Made by a program: the position numbers and the translations under genes. A stretch of DNA of 63,207 nucleotides, filler included, from Choristocarpus tenellus KU-1152 (taxonomy: Eukaryota > Protista > Phaeophyceae), in NCBI GenBank assembly GCA_964200185.2. It is 7 parts of 7 records of this genome, joined end to end, with 100 filler letters (N's around TTAATTAATTAA, not from the genome) between each part and the next. Parts side by side here need not be neighbours in the genome. Positions count along the whole stretch, not along the records: positions 37,621 to 45,210 come from CAXNAD020005913.1; positions 45,311 to 48,869 come from CAXNAD020019271.1; positions 48,970 to 54,481 come from CAXNAD020010560.1; 4 more parts are not named here. The stretch is one strand, 5' to 3'. The notes beneath the pieces were generated by a model. That model ran no database searches, was not told the DNA's origin, and saw only the letters and a list, made by a program, of their open reading frames with translations. Of this stretch, positions 39,338 to 51,234 are shown one piece after another; position 1 is the first letter of the stretch, and each line of letters opens with the position of its first letter.

Positions 39338-40618
39338 CTACTCGTAGGAATGTTTTTTCCTAGCTGCCCAAAGCAACATGATGTATGGCCGAGGAAGACG
39401 AAGTCGTGGGGCCTTCGATGCCCCACGTCCTCTCCCTGACCCGCCAACTCTTTGTGGACCACCCCTGCCCCCTATTGTTGCTGTGACTGCAGCAGCAGCA
39501 GCCTCAAGTTTCTGAGCATCCTTCAACGGTTCCTCAGATATGTCATCAAACAAGGCAAAGTCATCAAAACTCTCTTCAGGTAGGGCAGTTGCAATGAGAG
39601 CTCTTTTGGCATCTCGCACAGTATCCCCTGGAGTAACACTAATTGTTACCGATTCAGTGGATGAATATATCTCCTGATCTGAACCAGGTCGGCCACGTAG
39701 ATCACCAAGGCCAATAAGAATCTGGATCCGTGGTGGGGAGGACATACTAGGAGTTATAGTTGGAGACATGGGCCTTCTTGCTGGAAAGGGAACTCTTTAG
39801 GTCTATTGTGCACATATACTATTACACTAATACATGTTCACCCTCCCTGTGTGTTTTTATCCATCCCCTTATTCAATATCAGAGCAAATAATGTAAGTAT
39901 AGGTCTCCTGCTGTCTTCTATGAACAGTGAAAATGACACAATACCATGTGTGCGTATGAAAGTAGAATGTGATGCCTGCAAAATATTACCTTCATCTTGC
40001 CCTCGAGCCTATCAAGCTTTGGGACGAGGGCATCCACCTTTCTCTTTTGCTCAGCTTGCCGCTTCCTGCTAAGTTCCGTCATCAGTTCTTGATCCATGGT
40101 TTTCTGTTTCATGCTTGTGTAGAGCTCATTCTGGCAGCAGAGATCACATTCGGGTAATGCTGCAGTTGAATGGCAGCTATCTCGATTTACTCGGGACTAA
40201 GACAGCACGTGAAACTAACCATACATACAAGGCCTGTATGCATAGAAACCGGTTGACATGGAGTACATTCTTTTTTCATGAACGGATGATGATGATGCTC
40301 GGTGACATGTTCTACATACTGTATTTAACATGCAATATATTGCTAGTTCATTTGTGAATATATATCCCTCATTTATATAGCCTTTCTCAGTCATAACACA
40401 ACAAGGTCGACGGAAAAGCTGAAAGCGTATTAATACGAATAAGAAAAACTCATCCCTATTATCATTTATGATCTCCAGCTCCCGCTCCCTTCTGAGAGTA
40501 CCTTGAAAAGTATCTGGTTGGCAGTGCTCGCCACGGTCCCGACTTGATTCGGTCGCTGTGTAGAGGTTACTCCAGCACCTTCTTGCATTACGGGAGTCTC
40601 CTTCGCCGACACATTCAT
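39338..40618 (-). CDS. Hypothetical protein: coiled-coil segment plus C-terminal region with ubiquitin-like character
   Basis: The ATG is in a CCACCATGA context at 40618. Exon 40618-40502 (MNVSAKETP...ILFK|GT) joins in phase to 40196-39990 (SRVNRD...ELSRKRQAEQKRKVDALVPKLDRLEGKMK|GT). The terminal ORF 39769-39338 contains VTISVTPGDTVRDAKRALI. The junction to the last exon is not phase-consistent as I read it. Confidence 0.45.
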
Positions 40619-41765
40619 GGTGGTGGTATTGCCAGAGATTGTTCTTCAAAGTTATGGGAGCGTACACGCTGTTCTTGGCAATTGGTCTTTATTTGAGTAT
40701 TTGCTTTCGTGACCTCAATTGTGAAACCGTGAAACCACCAACGTGACTTACGAACAATAAGAGAACAACAGAGACACGACGTACTGACTTTACCATTTGT
40801 TGGAAGTATCTTCCACAGTCCACACAACACGACAAAGAACATTTCAACACTTTGGAAATATTGTGCCCACCCTTTCCTAGACTCCACGGTTGACTCCGTC
40901 GAAAATATCCTGAAGAGAACTCAGGCTGATTACTTTGTCGTTATGTTACTGTTGTTGCGTACAACAGATATACTTGTGTCTGTGCAATGGACCAAAACAT
41001 AGGTCCTTAGCGCCAAGAACTATTCCTGACGGATGTTCGCAAAACCCTCCAATGGATCACATCAGTCCATGTTGCAAGCCTTGCCAACCCAGCACAGAGC
41101 TCCAAGAAATAAGACATGCCTGCAAAAGGATTTTGTACCTTATGTTTATCGCCAGGTTCCATGTACCGTGCAATTTGTGAAGTGAGAACATGCGAGGACG
41201 CGGGTAATTGCACTGGTATAAAAGCACTATTACTTTGTAACCACCAACTCGTAAGTACAATGCAAAACCAGTTGCATTCGTATGTATGTACTTCGATTCC
41301 ACAAACTTTCGCCAGTGGGATTAGATTACTTCCCAACAATAGGCCCTTCTACCTTGCCTTCCGTCTTGGATATTTGGATCTGCACGTGAAGGATCCAGTA
41401 CAATGGTGGCGGTGCATGGACGAATGAGATTATACAAATGGTCAATGTGGTAATCGAGAAGGAGTCCTGTGTTTGGCGAAGGCTTGAAAAACCAGATGAA
41501 GCGTCTCTGTCGTGAATTAAACCTTGGTGCTATGGTCCTACTAGTGTTATGAAATGTATTTCGTCAAGTTCCACACGTCTCAAGAGTTACTTCCTCCACT
41601 TCACAACACCAATGAAGCATTTCTCTTTGCAGAAAACATAGATGGCGTGTAATGTACAGTATGCCTTGCACCCCCCCCTGCACAACAATATTGACACAAG
41701 GACAGTGTAGACATACTAAGAGCAGCACCACAATTGTGGACACAGTTACTGCACTATCATGTTCC

Positions 41766-43236
41766 TTATGCTGCCATCAATGCAATACTCTCGACACATC
41801 CTTGGTACTTAATTGCTGGAATTACCCCCACTACATACTTTTGTGCCTCTCCTGTTACTGGTCCTGGTCCTGTCGACACTGCTGTTACTCCCCTCATGAC
41901 AAAGAAGAAGTCAGCCTCCTGTCAGAAAACAGAGAGTTGGGAGATCTCTTCAATATTTGTGAACTACATGTCAGATACACTGGAAAAAGGCTGGGATGGA
42001 AAGTGAACATTTCTTGCAGGTTACACATTTTTCCGAGTTGCACGATACTAGTAATAGGCAACACTCTGGAATTTGGATACTTGAATTCAAGTGATGCCAA
42101 CATAAATATCACAGAGAAGATTGCATGTTAATGCATCCTTCCTGTGAAAAGGGTCACATGGGACATGTTTGTGGCTTTACATATTTGTCTAAAAGTTGAG
42201 TTCCTTGGTGTATCTACTACGCCTCTAAACCTTGGAGTGAGTCACATCCCATGCTAAAATAGACATCACCTAGACTGTACCGCAGGAAGTTGGGCTCACC
42301 CTTTACCCATCTAGCGAGATCCTGATGACAGATACACAACAATAATATGGAAACCTTCTCCCAAAAGGCCTCTGTTTGGTTCATGCCCTAATCCTAACCC
42401 AAACACACTTCACCTCTACACACAAAATTTTCCAGGAAACAGTGACCCATACAGTGTATGTGTATGCGTGCTGAAGTTCTACCTTTAATTTCATCTCAAG
42501 GTGTAAGACCCAATGGTGGAAAAAGTGCTCCTCATGATCTTCCTTGGAAAATACACAAATATGAGATGAGCATCAACAAATGTCACACGCCGCCCAAAGT
42601 TTTCCCATGTGTGTATACACCACCAAGAGACAACAACCATTACTCAAAAATCCACTATTCACGGAGTACTCATCGGGAGAACACAATACTTGAACACATG
42701 ACAGTCATAATAACATGCTTTGTCAACACGGAGGGCAAACAATGCCAAGCACAAAAAAAATGAAATGTGTAAGCAGAGAACAAAGTGTAACACACAATAC
42801 ACAACACACAACAGACACACAAACATACACACACACACCTGTAGTAGCACCTCATCATCAAAACGAACAAAATAAAAGTCAGACAGCTGTCGTGGTCCTG
42901 CTCTCTCTCCCCCCTCCCCTGCAGTTCCATTTGCATCCTCGCATGGGGCGACTACGATGTAACTGTCGTACTTGAACTTATCCCTGTGCTCAGTAGAGAT
43001 CTGTGCGCAATCAACCACATTTGTGGGGTGAGGGGGTGAGGGAGGGTATATGAGGATGAGCCACACCAAGATCTATTGGCAGGGGCATAGAACAAAAGAG
43101 AAACAAATACTATTTACAACAATGGCATGGGCACTACCAAAAACTCAAGTCGATACGATGTGTTCTCCATGAAACCTTCTGTACCCCTGCACTCTTGGCA
43201 TCATTACAATGTACTCAAAATAAAAAAAGGGTAACC

Positions 43237-43269
<33 letters not shown>

Positions 43270-45180
43270 ACACCCACACCCCCAACACCCCCATCCACCA
43301 ACAACAAAAACAAGGAGACGGAGAGGGGAAGAGAGAANNNNNNNNNNCCCCCCCCCCCCTTGAACCCCAACAAAAAAAAAAAAAAAAAAAAAGGGCCCCC
43401 CCCCCCCCCCCCCCCCCCCCCCAACTTCTAATACACCCGCAAGGTCGAATGCATGTCCAGACAGAACAGGAGAACTTGAGAGGTGGAAGTGGAACAATCC
43501 AAAAATGACAGTGGACAGAACATCTTGCTGAGCCAAAGGTCCGCTGTAGGGGTGTAGGACCTGCACTTGATGTCCAAGGACATACACACAAAGCACTCAT
43601 CACCATGTATCGTGGTTCAAGATGTACCAAAATTTAAGAGAGTCAGAGACTTGAACTCAGTGCGTGGCAAGCAACATTCCCGAGAGAAGAATATTCAATC
43701 ATGTAATGGCTAGAATCAGCCTACTGGATGCACTCGCTAGATTAGAAACGTTCCCTATCCACATCAACCTTGACATCAACCATGCATTTATCATCACGCA
43801 GAACGTGCACCGACATTAGCGACAGCAGAGTCGGACAACAATACTATCTTCAAGGTGAACCAAGAATCACTATCAGGGTAGGGATTGACCGCGAGTTCTC
43901 CCTGAACTACTGCTCCTTCTAGTTGGTATTCAGCTAAAGCCAATATCACAACAATCAATTTCAAGCTTGTCTTCTCCAGTACCAGTGCCTGTTTTTCTTT
44001 ATTTACAGTAGTAATGAGGGCATTGCACTATCGAACGACTTCAAACAGAAGTGTCTTTATTTATTTATTATTCAGGCTACAAACAAAACAAAACAATTCT
44101 GGGCACTACTAGTGAAACACCCTGAGTCACCAAGTTTCCCCCAGTAATACAAAAAAACGAGGCTGTGCAATGATGTGAAAAAGGAAACAACTCTATAAAT
44201 GCAAGAAAAAACAAAAAATATGTTAACCTTTCCCCTCCTTAATTTCAACACATTGCGCACAATCCAAAAACAACTCATATGCTTAGAAAATTATTCATTT
44301 TAAAATGTCACAAAAACCTTACACCTTGGAACTCCCCTCCCTTCCTCCCTCCCTCGTATCTCTTGCTCCCCCCCCAAAAAAAAACTCATAAAACAGGCTC
44401 ATAATCTGCTACAGTCTCCTTTCCGCACCTCGTTCTCAACTGCCCATTCCATATCCTCCACTAGAGATTCATGCAGCTTTGGCAGTGCCTGTAGTGGACA
44501 ATTCATCATTCGGTCACTAACTAGCAGGCCCACCCTCCCCCCTGTAGAGCCCTGTAGAGCACACCAAAGTATAGGTTGAAGCGTATGAAACTCATGGGGG
44601 CAATGGTAAAAGATTATAGGCAAACCCCAAATGCAAAATAGACTCCCTCTTGAGAAGTACAGTTTTTGAACTTTCCAGGGTCGTACAATTTTTGTCACAG
44701 AGTTGCTCAATGATCACACAGGAGTGTTTTTCACTCTAATCACAGCACCCACAAGAGTACCAAAGTGTATAAAAATGCCAGAGATGTACAAAACCTCCAT
44801 CTGGTCCCCCCACTCCACATCTCATCCAGTCCCTGCATCTCAAACCTGTCCTACAAGAGCTACAGGGTATCAAATTTAAGCTATCACAAATTATGTACTT
44901 TGTCACAGTACATACTACCATAGAACTTTACAGACAACAAAAAGTTGTAAGGATAGTAGACAAATCCTCCAGCGTGTATCCCCACAGCCCTCCTCTTGTC
45001 CATCTCAACCTGAAAAGGTCTATTCTAACTACAGGCAGTGAAAGAGAAGGAAACAATCACTACTCTAATCAACTTAAAATATTACTGGAAGAAAAGTTCT
45101 CAAACCTTGCCGAGCACAGCCTCCATCTCATCACCCTTGCCCCCTTGCCGAGCCTTATCAAGGAGGTGCTTGACAACCGC
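41766..45180 (-). CDS. BCP1: BCP1/BCCIP family protein, 3' exons (5' part beyond the gap)
   Basis: Phase-0 exons: 45180-45106 (AVVKHLLDKARQGGKGDEMEAVLGK), 44551-44429 (GRVGLLVSDRMMNCPLQALPKLHESLVEDMEWA, the BCP1 core motif), 43000-42839 (KFKYDSYIVV...YFVRFDDEVL), 41918-41766 (EADFFFVM...IALMAA*). Confidence 0.85.
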
Positions 45181-45984
45181 CTGGCATCAGACAGATCAGG
45201 AAAGAGGGTGNNNNNNNNNNNNNNNNNNNNNNNNNNNNNNNNNNNNNNNNNNNNTTAATTAATTAANNNNNNNNNNNNNNNNNNNNNNNNNNNNNNNNNN
45301 NNNNNNNNNNCATGGCTTCCACTTTATTCCCCTACCAACAACGTACTGTACTGCTGTATGGTAGCATGACTCAGCAAGAAAGGCACTTTTCGCGAGAAAT
45401 TTTTACGCGCGCGCAAATCTCGCGTGAATATCTCTGGGATTTTGCGCCAAATCGCCCGAGAGTTCCGGTGCCTATTTTTTTTAGCATGTTGAAAAAAGCG
45501 GTACAAGCACATTTTTCGATTTGGTTCATAATGTTTGGGCCCAAAATAGGGGTGCCTACTGTACTATGTCTTAACATCTTATTCAACTTTCTACTATACC
45601 CGTTTTAGTTCAAAATAAACAGGTATACCCGCTATTGTCCACTTCAAAAAATATTGAAATGAAGAGGGTTGTAGATCTATTCGCTATGGTAAAATATTCC
45701 TGACTCCAATTCATCAAAGTTGGAAGATCCGCCTTTGCCACAAGATGATACCTGATCATCCTTGAGTGGCTCCGCGGCTAAGGTTACAGCTACCAGCGCC
45801 CATTCATGTCAGACTTCTTTTGAGGAGATAATTGGTTTCAATGATCCTTCTCTATGTGGCAAGCATAACGAAGTGTACATGTTGTACTATCCTGTTTATC
45901 GCTATACCACAAAAAAATACAGGACAAAGATCAAGGTGGAAACTTCAGAGCAGATCCAAGGCAAGATTACACAGAGGGGGAGAC

Positions 45985-47040
45985 AGAGTGATGAGTGGTT
46001 GGAGTGCTGAAACCAACGTGCGAGAAGCAAGGCAGGAATGGAGGCAGTACAAATAGTTGTAGCGCATTAGTTGGTCAGTAGTACGTGGTGCGAAAAGCAG
46101 TGCAGTGTGTAGTGCCTATCTGACCACGGGTCAGGATAGTCCCCCAACTAAAATGTAAGAATATTAATAATATCAACAAAACATTCTTGTTTTTTTCTCA
46201 CTTTTTTGGGGATAGAGATACCAAATTGCCTATGTGTCAGTGTCCTCATGGTTCATTGACCAAAAGGGAGGTTGATTTCTCCATGAATTTTGTGTGCTCA
46301 AAACTCCATGAAGGCCAGACATCACCATTTCAAGGAAATCTAGTTTCGATTATCTAAATTTCATATGACAACCAAAACGAATTGTACACCTGCGCCATCC
46401 TGTTTGTCGCTACATCATGAAAAATTCGGATAAGAAAAAGGAGGTAATGACGAAACGGGTTCAGCACAAGATTCACTGGAGGGATTGGAGGGATGAGGGG
46501 TGGGATGACTGAACTGTCAAATTAGTGGTATTGCAAAAGTTGGTTACTTTTTCTATGCAGTTTTAGTTAGTATTGTACAAGAATGGAGTAGTATTTAGTG
46601 GCTCTGGACATGGGTCACGATATTTCCCAAACTAAAGTTAAGCAAAAAATAACATTCTTCGGAGTGCAATGATATCATGCTTCATGCCACATTTCTTAGA
46701 GAAATTTGTTTCGATTGTCCGAAATTCACGTGGCAAGCACCACGGATTGTGTACCTTTACTATCCTCTCTCTACACCATAAAACACTGGGCCAAGCATAT
46801 GGTGGCAACACCAAGGCGGGTCAAGCACAATATTCAGTTGAGGAGGGTGGAGTACTGAGTGGTGGGATGACTCAACCCAACGCGTGAAAAGCAAGGCACA
46901 AGTGAAGGTATTGCAATCGTTTATTAGCAGTGCAACAGTTAGTTGAAGTAGTTGTCAATAGTAGAGAAGTAGTGCATTGCGTAGTGCCTTTTGGACACTG
47001 GTCGGGGCGGTCCACAGACTGAAGTAAGAAAATATTAAAC
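45985..47040 (+). repeat. Two copies (45985-46170 and 46850-47040) of the SINE/LINE-tail-like repeat
   Basis: Both share the block gagtgg..ccaacg..aagcaaggca...gtagtgcc...gaccacgggtcaggatagtcccc. Confidence 0.6.
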
Positions 47041-47109
47041 AGTATATGTCAGAGGTGGAATTAATGATGATGCTGCAATATCATCGTGGATATCCTATAC
47101 AAAATCCAA

Positions 47110-47700
47110 CTCTCCTTTAATGCTGCAATGAAGTATACAATCAAGCAGTTCGTATATGTATCACATGAGCAGAAGATTTAGATGCTGAAGATTGAAGTAC
47201 TCAAGGCTCTCCTATTTGGGTGCATGATGTCGATACTAAGGACAGAGTAGGACACCGAACTTCGTATCTATGACTGCAAGTTCCTCCAGTACTACACTGG
47301 ATTCTGGAAATGGAAACTAATGGATCACCCCCTGTCATCATACAGGCAAGCACGAGTGAGAGCTGGGTTTAAGGTAATCAAGGACGCTATACGTAAACAA
47401 AGCCTGCTGTTTGTGGGCATTGAGGCGGGCATGTGTGGTGCTTCCTCGCCCGAGAATTTGATGTTTGGGGACCTTGTAGCTAAAAAACCAAAGGGAAAGA
47501 TTGGAGGACGAGAGATGGACTGGTTGTGGTGCCTTCAAAGTGACCTTGAGTGTTTCGACAATCTGAAAAGAGGGGGCCATGTTCGTTCAGAATATCTGAA
47601 CCGAGGGCACAGGTGTGTGGGGTTTGAACAACCCCCTCATGAATGCTCTCATACCGATAGCGGAGGCTGAAGTTGCTAAAGCTTGCCAAGCAAAAATGGT
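47110..47700 (+). mobile_element. Degenerate RTE-type non-LTR retrotransposon 3' fragment (region downstream of the RT domain)
   Basis: The translation KI*MLKIEVLKALLFGC...TGFWKWKLMDHPLSSYRQA...IRKQSLLFVG...PENLMFGDL...GGREMDWLWCLQSDL follows the RTE post-RT pattern (LLYGC.TW, RRL.FAG, LP..MFGEL, W..CL..DL). It contains in-frame stops. Confidence 0.7.
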
Positions 47701-49667
47701 CACAGTCACCAAACACATACACCTTCTTCTTGTGAGACTATTGTGCTGGGTATTGATACTAGTGGTGGTATCTATGGGTTGCTGGTGGGTCTCTGTGACT
47801 TGATATAACTTGTACGATGGTGATGTGCACCTGTGAGTGTCCGCGTACCTTTCCCTGGACTAATTGTGGTCCTTGGTGCTGGAGCTTAAACCTGTTTATT
47901 GGCGGGTTAGACTTGACTGGTGCGCCTTTCTCCTTCAAAAAATAAAACATTTTTGGGATTCCTTCTGAATTTCTGCTTTGTGTGTGTGTGTTCTCGTCTG
48001 CTTTCGATATTTCTCTTTTCCTGCATTTTCCAGCACTGCCGCTGTATTCTGTGTATCTCTATTTTTCGTGGGTGTGTATTCTCTTTTTTCTGCACTCTTG
48101 GCACATTCCATTTATGACCATGGTTTCAGGAATGCTCCATCCTGCTTTCTACACAACGTCACCTCCCAAATGTTTGAGCATCATCGCAATTTTGCATCGA
48201 ACTAATAAGTGCGTGAAGAACCCCAATCAGTCAATGGAAGGATAACAATAATAGAGGTGTACTGTAGTTGTGCTAACTTTAGCAGTAACTGCAACATTAT
48301 TTTATGAGGGGTATTGAATGGTAAGAAGAAAATATCGACAGTATATGTGGTATCAGCTTGTGATAGTTGTATGATGTGCCGTGTTTTTCTGCGATGACTT
48401 GAAGTAATCTGGGTTTTGTGGGCGGAAGAATTCTGGTGGTAATGTGGTATAGGGGAGGGAGAGGCGAGGAAGGAAAAAGAAAAAGTAGGCAAGGAGTGAA
48501 CGAAGAGTTAAGTACTGAGTGATTAGGAGGCAGAAGAGGCAGGAGAGAAGTTAAAGAAGTGGTTGGTGGGTGGAGGAACAAGGTAGGAAGGAATGGTCAA
48601 TATGTAAAGGAAACCGAGGGCTGGCGGTACAAGACGAGGAAGGGCTGGAAAAAGACAACCTCCGAGCAAGCTTTCCCGCCCACCCACCCTGTTGCTAGCT
48701 CACAACCGATTGGGGTGCTGGGTAAAGGGAGGGGAGGTCAAGTTCGGGTGGGATAGATGTCTTCTAGTTCAAAGGCATGGTATGAAGTGGATGATGAAGG
48801 GTGAGAATGCCCGAGCGGTCGAGCCCCAGCCTGTCAAAGGCGCGGGCGGTGACGATCAGCGCTTGCGTTNNNNNNNNNNNNNNNNNNNNNNNNNNNNNNN
48901 NNNNNNNNNNNNNTTAATTAATTAANNNNNNNNNNNNNNNNNNNNNNNNNNNNNNNNNNNNNNNNNNNNTTTTTTTGCCCCACACACATCCCTCCCCCTT
49001 ACCCCCCCCCCCCCCCCCCCCCCCCCCGCCTCTTTTATCGAGTGCAATTGCTGCTGAAGAAGTACATCATGACAAAATACTCTTGACATTCTTGTCAGTC
49101 ATTTTGTCTTGTGCCCCCTCCTTCGGGTACATTTCTTGAATTTGGAGGCTTGGCTGCTCAACATGATACTAATTTTTAAGCCATGAGACATGTTGGCCTA
49201 CATTTTGAGTAAGGTACAACATCGGTAGACTGTTAGGGTTGGGTGTGTGGCAATCGGACCAGAAAAAAATGTTCTTTTCACCCTAATCACAGCCTCAAGA
49301 ACATGAGAGCTGTTTGGGGTGGGGGGGGCTTTTTGGGGGGTATTTGAAGATTCGCCCGTTTTCAAGGATCCTTTATTCAACACGTTGAACTTCCGTTGAA
49401 CTTCAAACTTCATGTGGCTCGTTGGAAAGTACTCCCTCATCGTTGCAATTGGGAAAGCAGGGCTTCACGGTATTTACTTTCTCAGGCGGTTGCACTCGAT
49501 ATTGTTTGAAGACCACCCCCTGTCCCTCGTGGTGTGGGTATGATCTCCTGCAATACCTATCTGTTAGTGCGAAAAGGTTCAGCACTTTGTCTCTTGAGAT
49601 ATATGGACGGGGATGGGGAAGATGGCTTAATAAATAGACTTGTGAGAGGTAGAGTACGGCGCGTGGC

Positions 49668-49697
49668 AGGGTTAGGGTTAGGGTTAGGGTTAGGGTT
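49668..49697 (+). repeat. Interstitial telomeric repeat (AGGGTT)x5
   Basis: Five perfect AGGGTT units. Confidence 0.85.
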
Positions 49698-49966
49698 CGT
49701 TCAGATTTGATGGGGTGATGGAGTAAGATAAAGCGTATCAACATAGTGGAGGGGATGCAGACCCGTTTTACATTTGAAGTTGTGGGGATGAAGCAAGTCA
49801 CTTCTTGCGTTGGTGTTGACTAGGGGGTCAGAGGTAGAGCAACTTTTGTCAACAGCTAGTGCATTGTGTTTGTGTTGATTGTTGGGCTGGTGCGGGTTCT
49901 TTACCGATTGCTGTTAAACCTCTTGTACTTTCCTCTGTTGCCTGCATAAACTGACCTTGGATGCAG

Positions 49967-51234
49967 GTAAGGCAATACTTCAAGGATGAGGCCTTCTATC
50001 TTGGTGACCTGAATACACGCGGGGTGTGTGACAATGGGAGTTCCTTTATTTGCGAGGCGTTTTCACCGTCTGGTGCAACAGTCAAGGTGTGTTAACTGCT
50101 CAAAGCCCTCATCCCATGCAACATCATTGAGCTAACCTTCCTGCTGTCTGACCTTGTTGGGAACTGAGATTCATGCTAAGGTTTGCCCTATCTTCATGAA
50201 CATATCCAGGAGAGTGTTGTGGGTTTGATGTATGTATATACTGTTTCAACTATTATGTTTTTTATATGTAGTGGTTCCTGAAGTGGGAGCACAACAAAGC
50301 TTTTGTGCAAATACAGGTGGTGGGCATGTGGTTTTTTGTGAAAGAAGTGAGCTGGCTCTACATTGAACATTTTGATGTGTGTTAGCTGTGCTAATGGGTT
50401 AGGGCAAGGTTGAATGTGAATGTTTTCTAGAGTATATTGGAGCACACCTTGTCTGCAGTACACCTCTCTTTCCCAACAACTTGCTGTTGATATTTTTCTC
50501 ATTCTACTACATCCACAGTCGGACCCTACAAAATACAAAGCCTTCCAATGTTAGTCACTGATGTATGCCTCAACCTCACATCCCCCCATGTTCTTCCTCT
50601 TAAGGCTGTGTTGATCAATAGTGCCAACCTCATGGGGGGTGATTCTGAACCCAACAGCCTTACTGGCTTCGGCCGGGTTCACCTGGAGGCTGGCTTGCCT
50701 CTCAATGGCAATGGCAGTCAATCCCTCTTTGTGGCAGACTCATCCATTGCCAGGGTATACAGCGGACGAAATGACAGTTACAAGTTTGAGGTGGGTGAAT
50801 CTGGTGTTGAGATCCGAGCCACCCTTGCCTGGATGGACCCTGAAGCAGATGTACTTGCTGCTGTGCAGCTGATGAACGATCTTGACCTGAAGGTTACATC
50901 TCCCAGTGGGGAAGACTTTGTGATGTGGTCCTCGGGTGAGGCGGACACACGAAATGTGGTGGAGAGGGTGATCATTCCAGCGGAGGTGGTGGAAGAGGGG
51001 ACGTGGACGATCATGGTGACTGCTAATGAGCTTATCACTGAAGTGCAGTCATACTCTCTCGTTGTGCTTGGTAGTATATTCAATGGTACTGTCATTGAGG
51101 GTGAAGACTCCCAAGCTGAATATTCAAACGGATCTTTGTCATCATTTAGAGTATATTCTTGGACGACGTGGACTTCAACTGCGATCGCCTTGGTAGTTGC
51201 ATCATTGTTTGGTCTCTATGGTGTTGCCCTTTGA
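49967..51234 (+). CDS. S8 subtilisin-like serine protease (Kp43/TagC-like), last two exons, with C-terminal hydrophobic anchor
   Basis: Exon 49967-50086 encodes VRQYFKD...FSPSGATVK. Exon 50605-51234 encodes AVLINSA...GFGRVHL...RATLAWMDP...LMNDLDLKV...NVVERV...QSYSLVV, then the hydrophobic tail AIALVVASLFGLYGVAL*. The catalytic exons are not seen and presumably lie upstream or in the gap. Confidence 0.85.

Noticed and set aside
43145-43630. Poly-Gly/poly-Pro ORFs
   Set aside because: They arise from homopolymer C/A tracts flanking a 10-N gap inside a BCP1 intron; the sequence quality is low.
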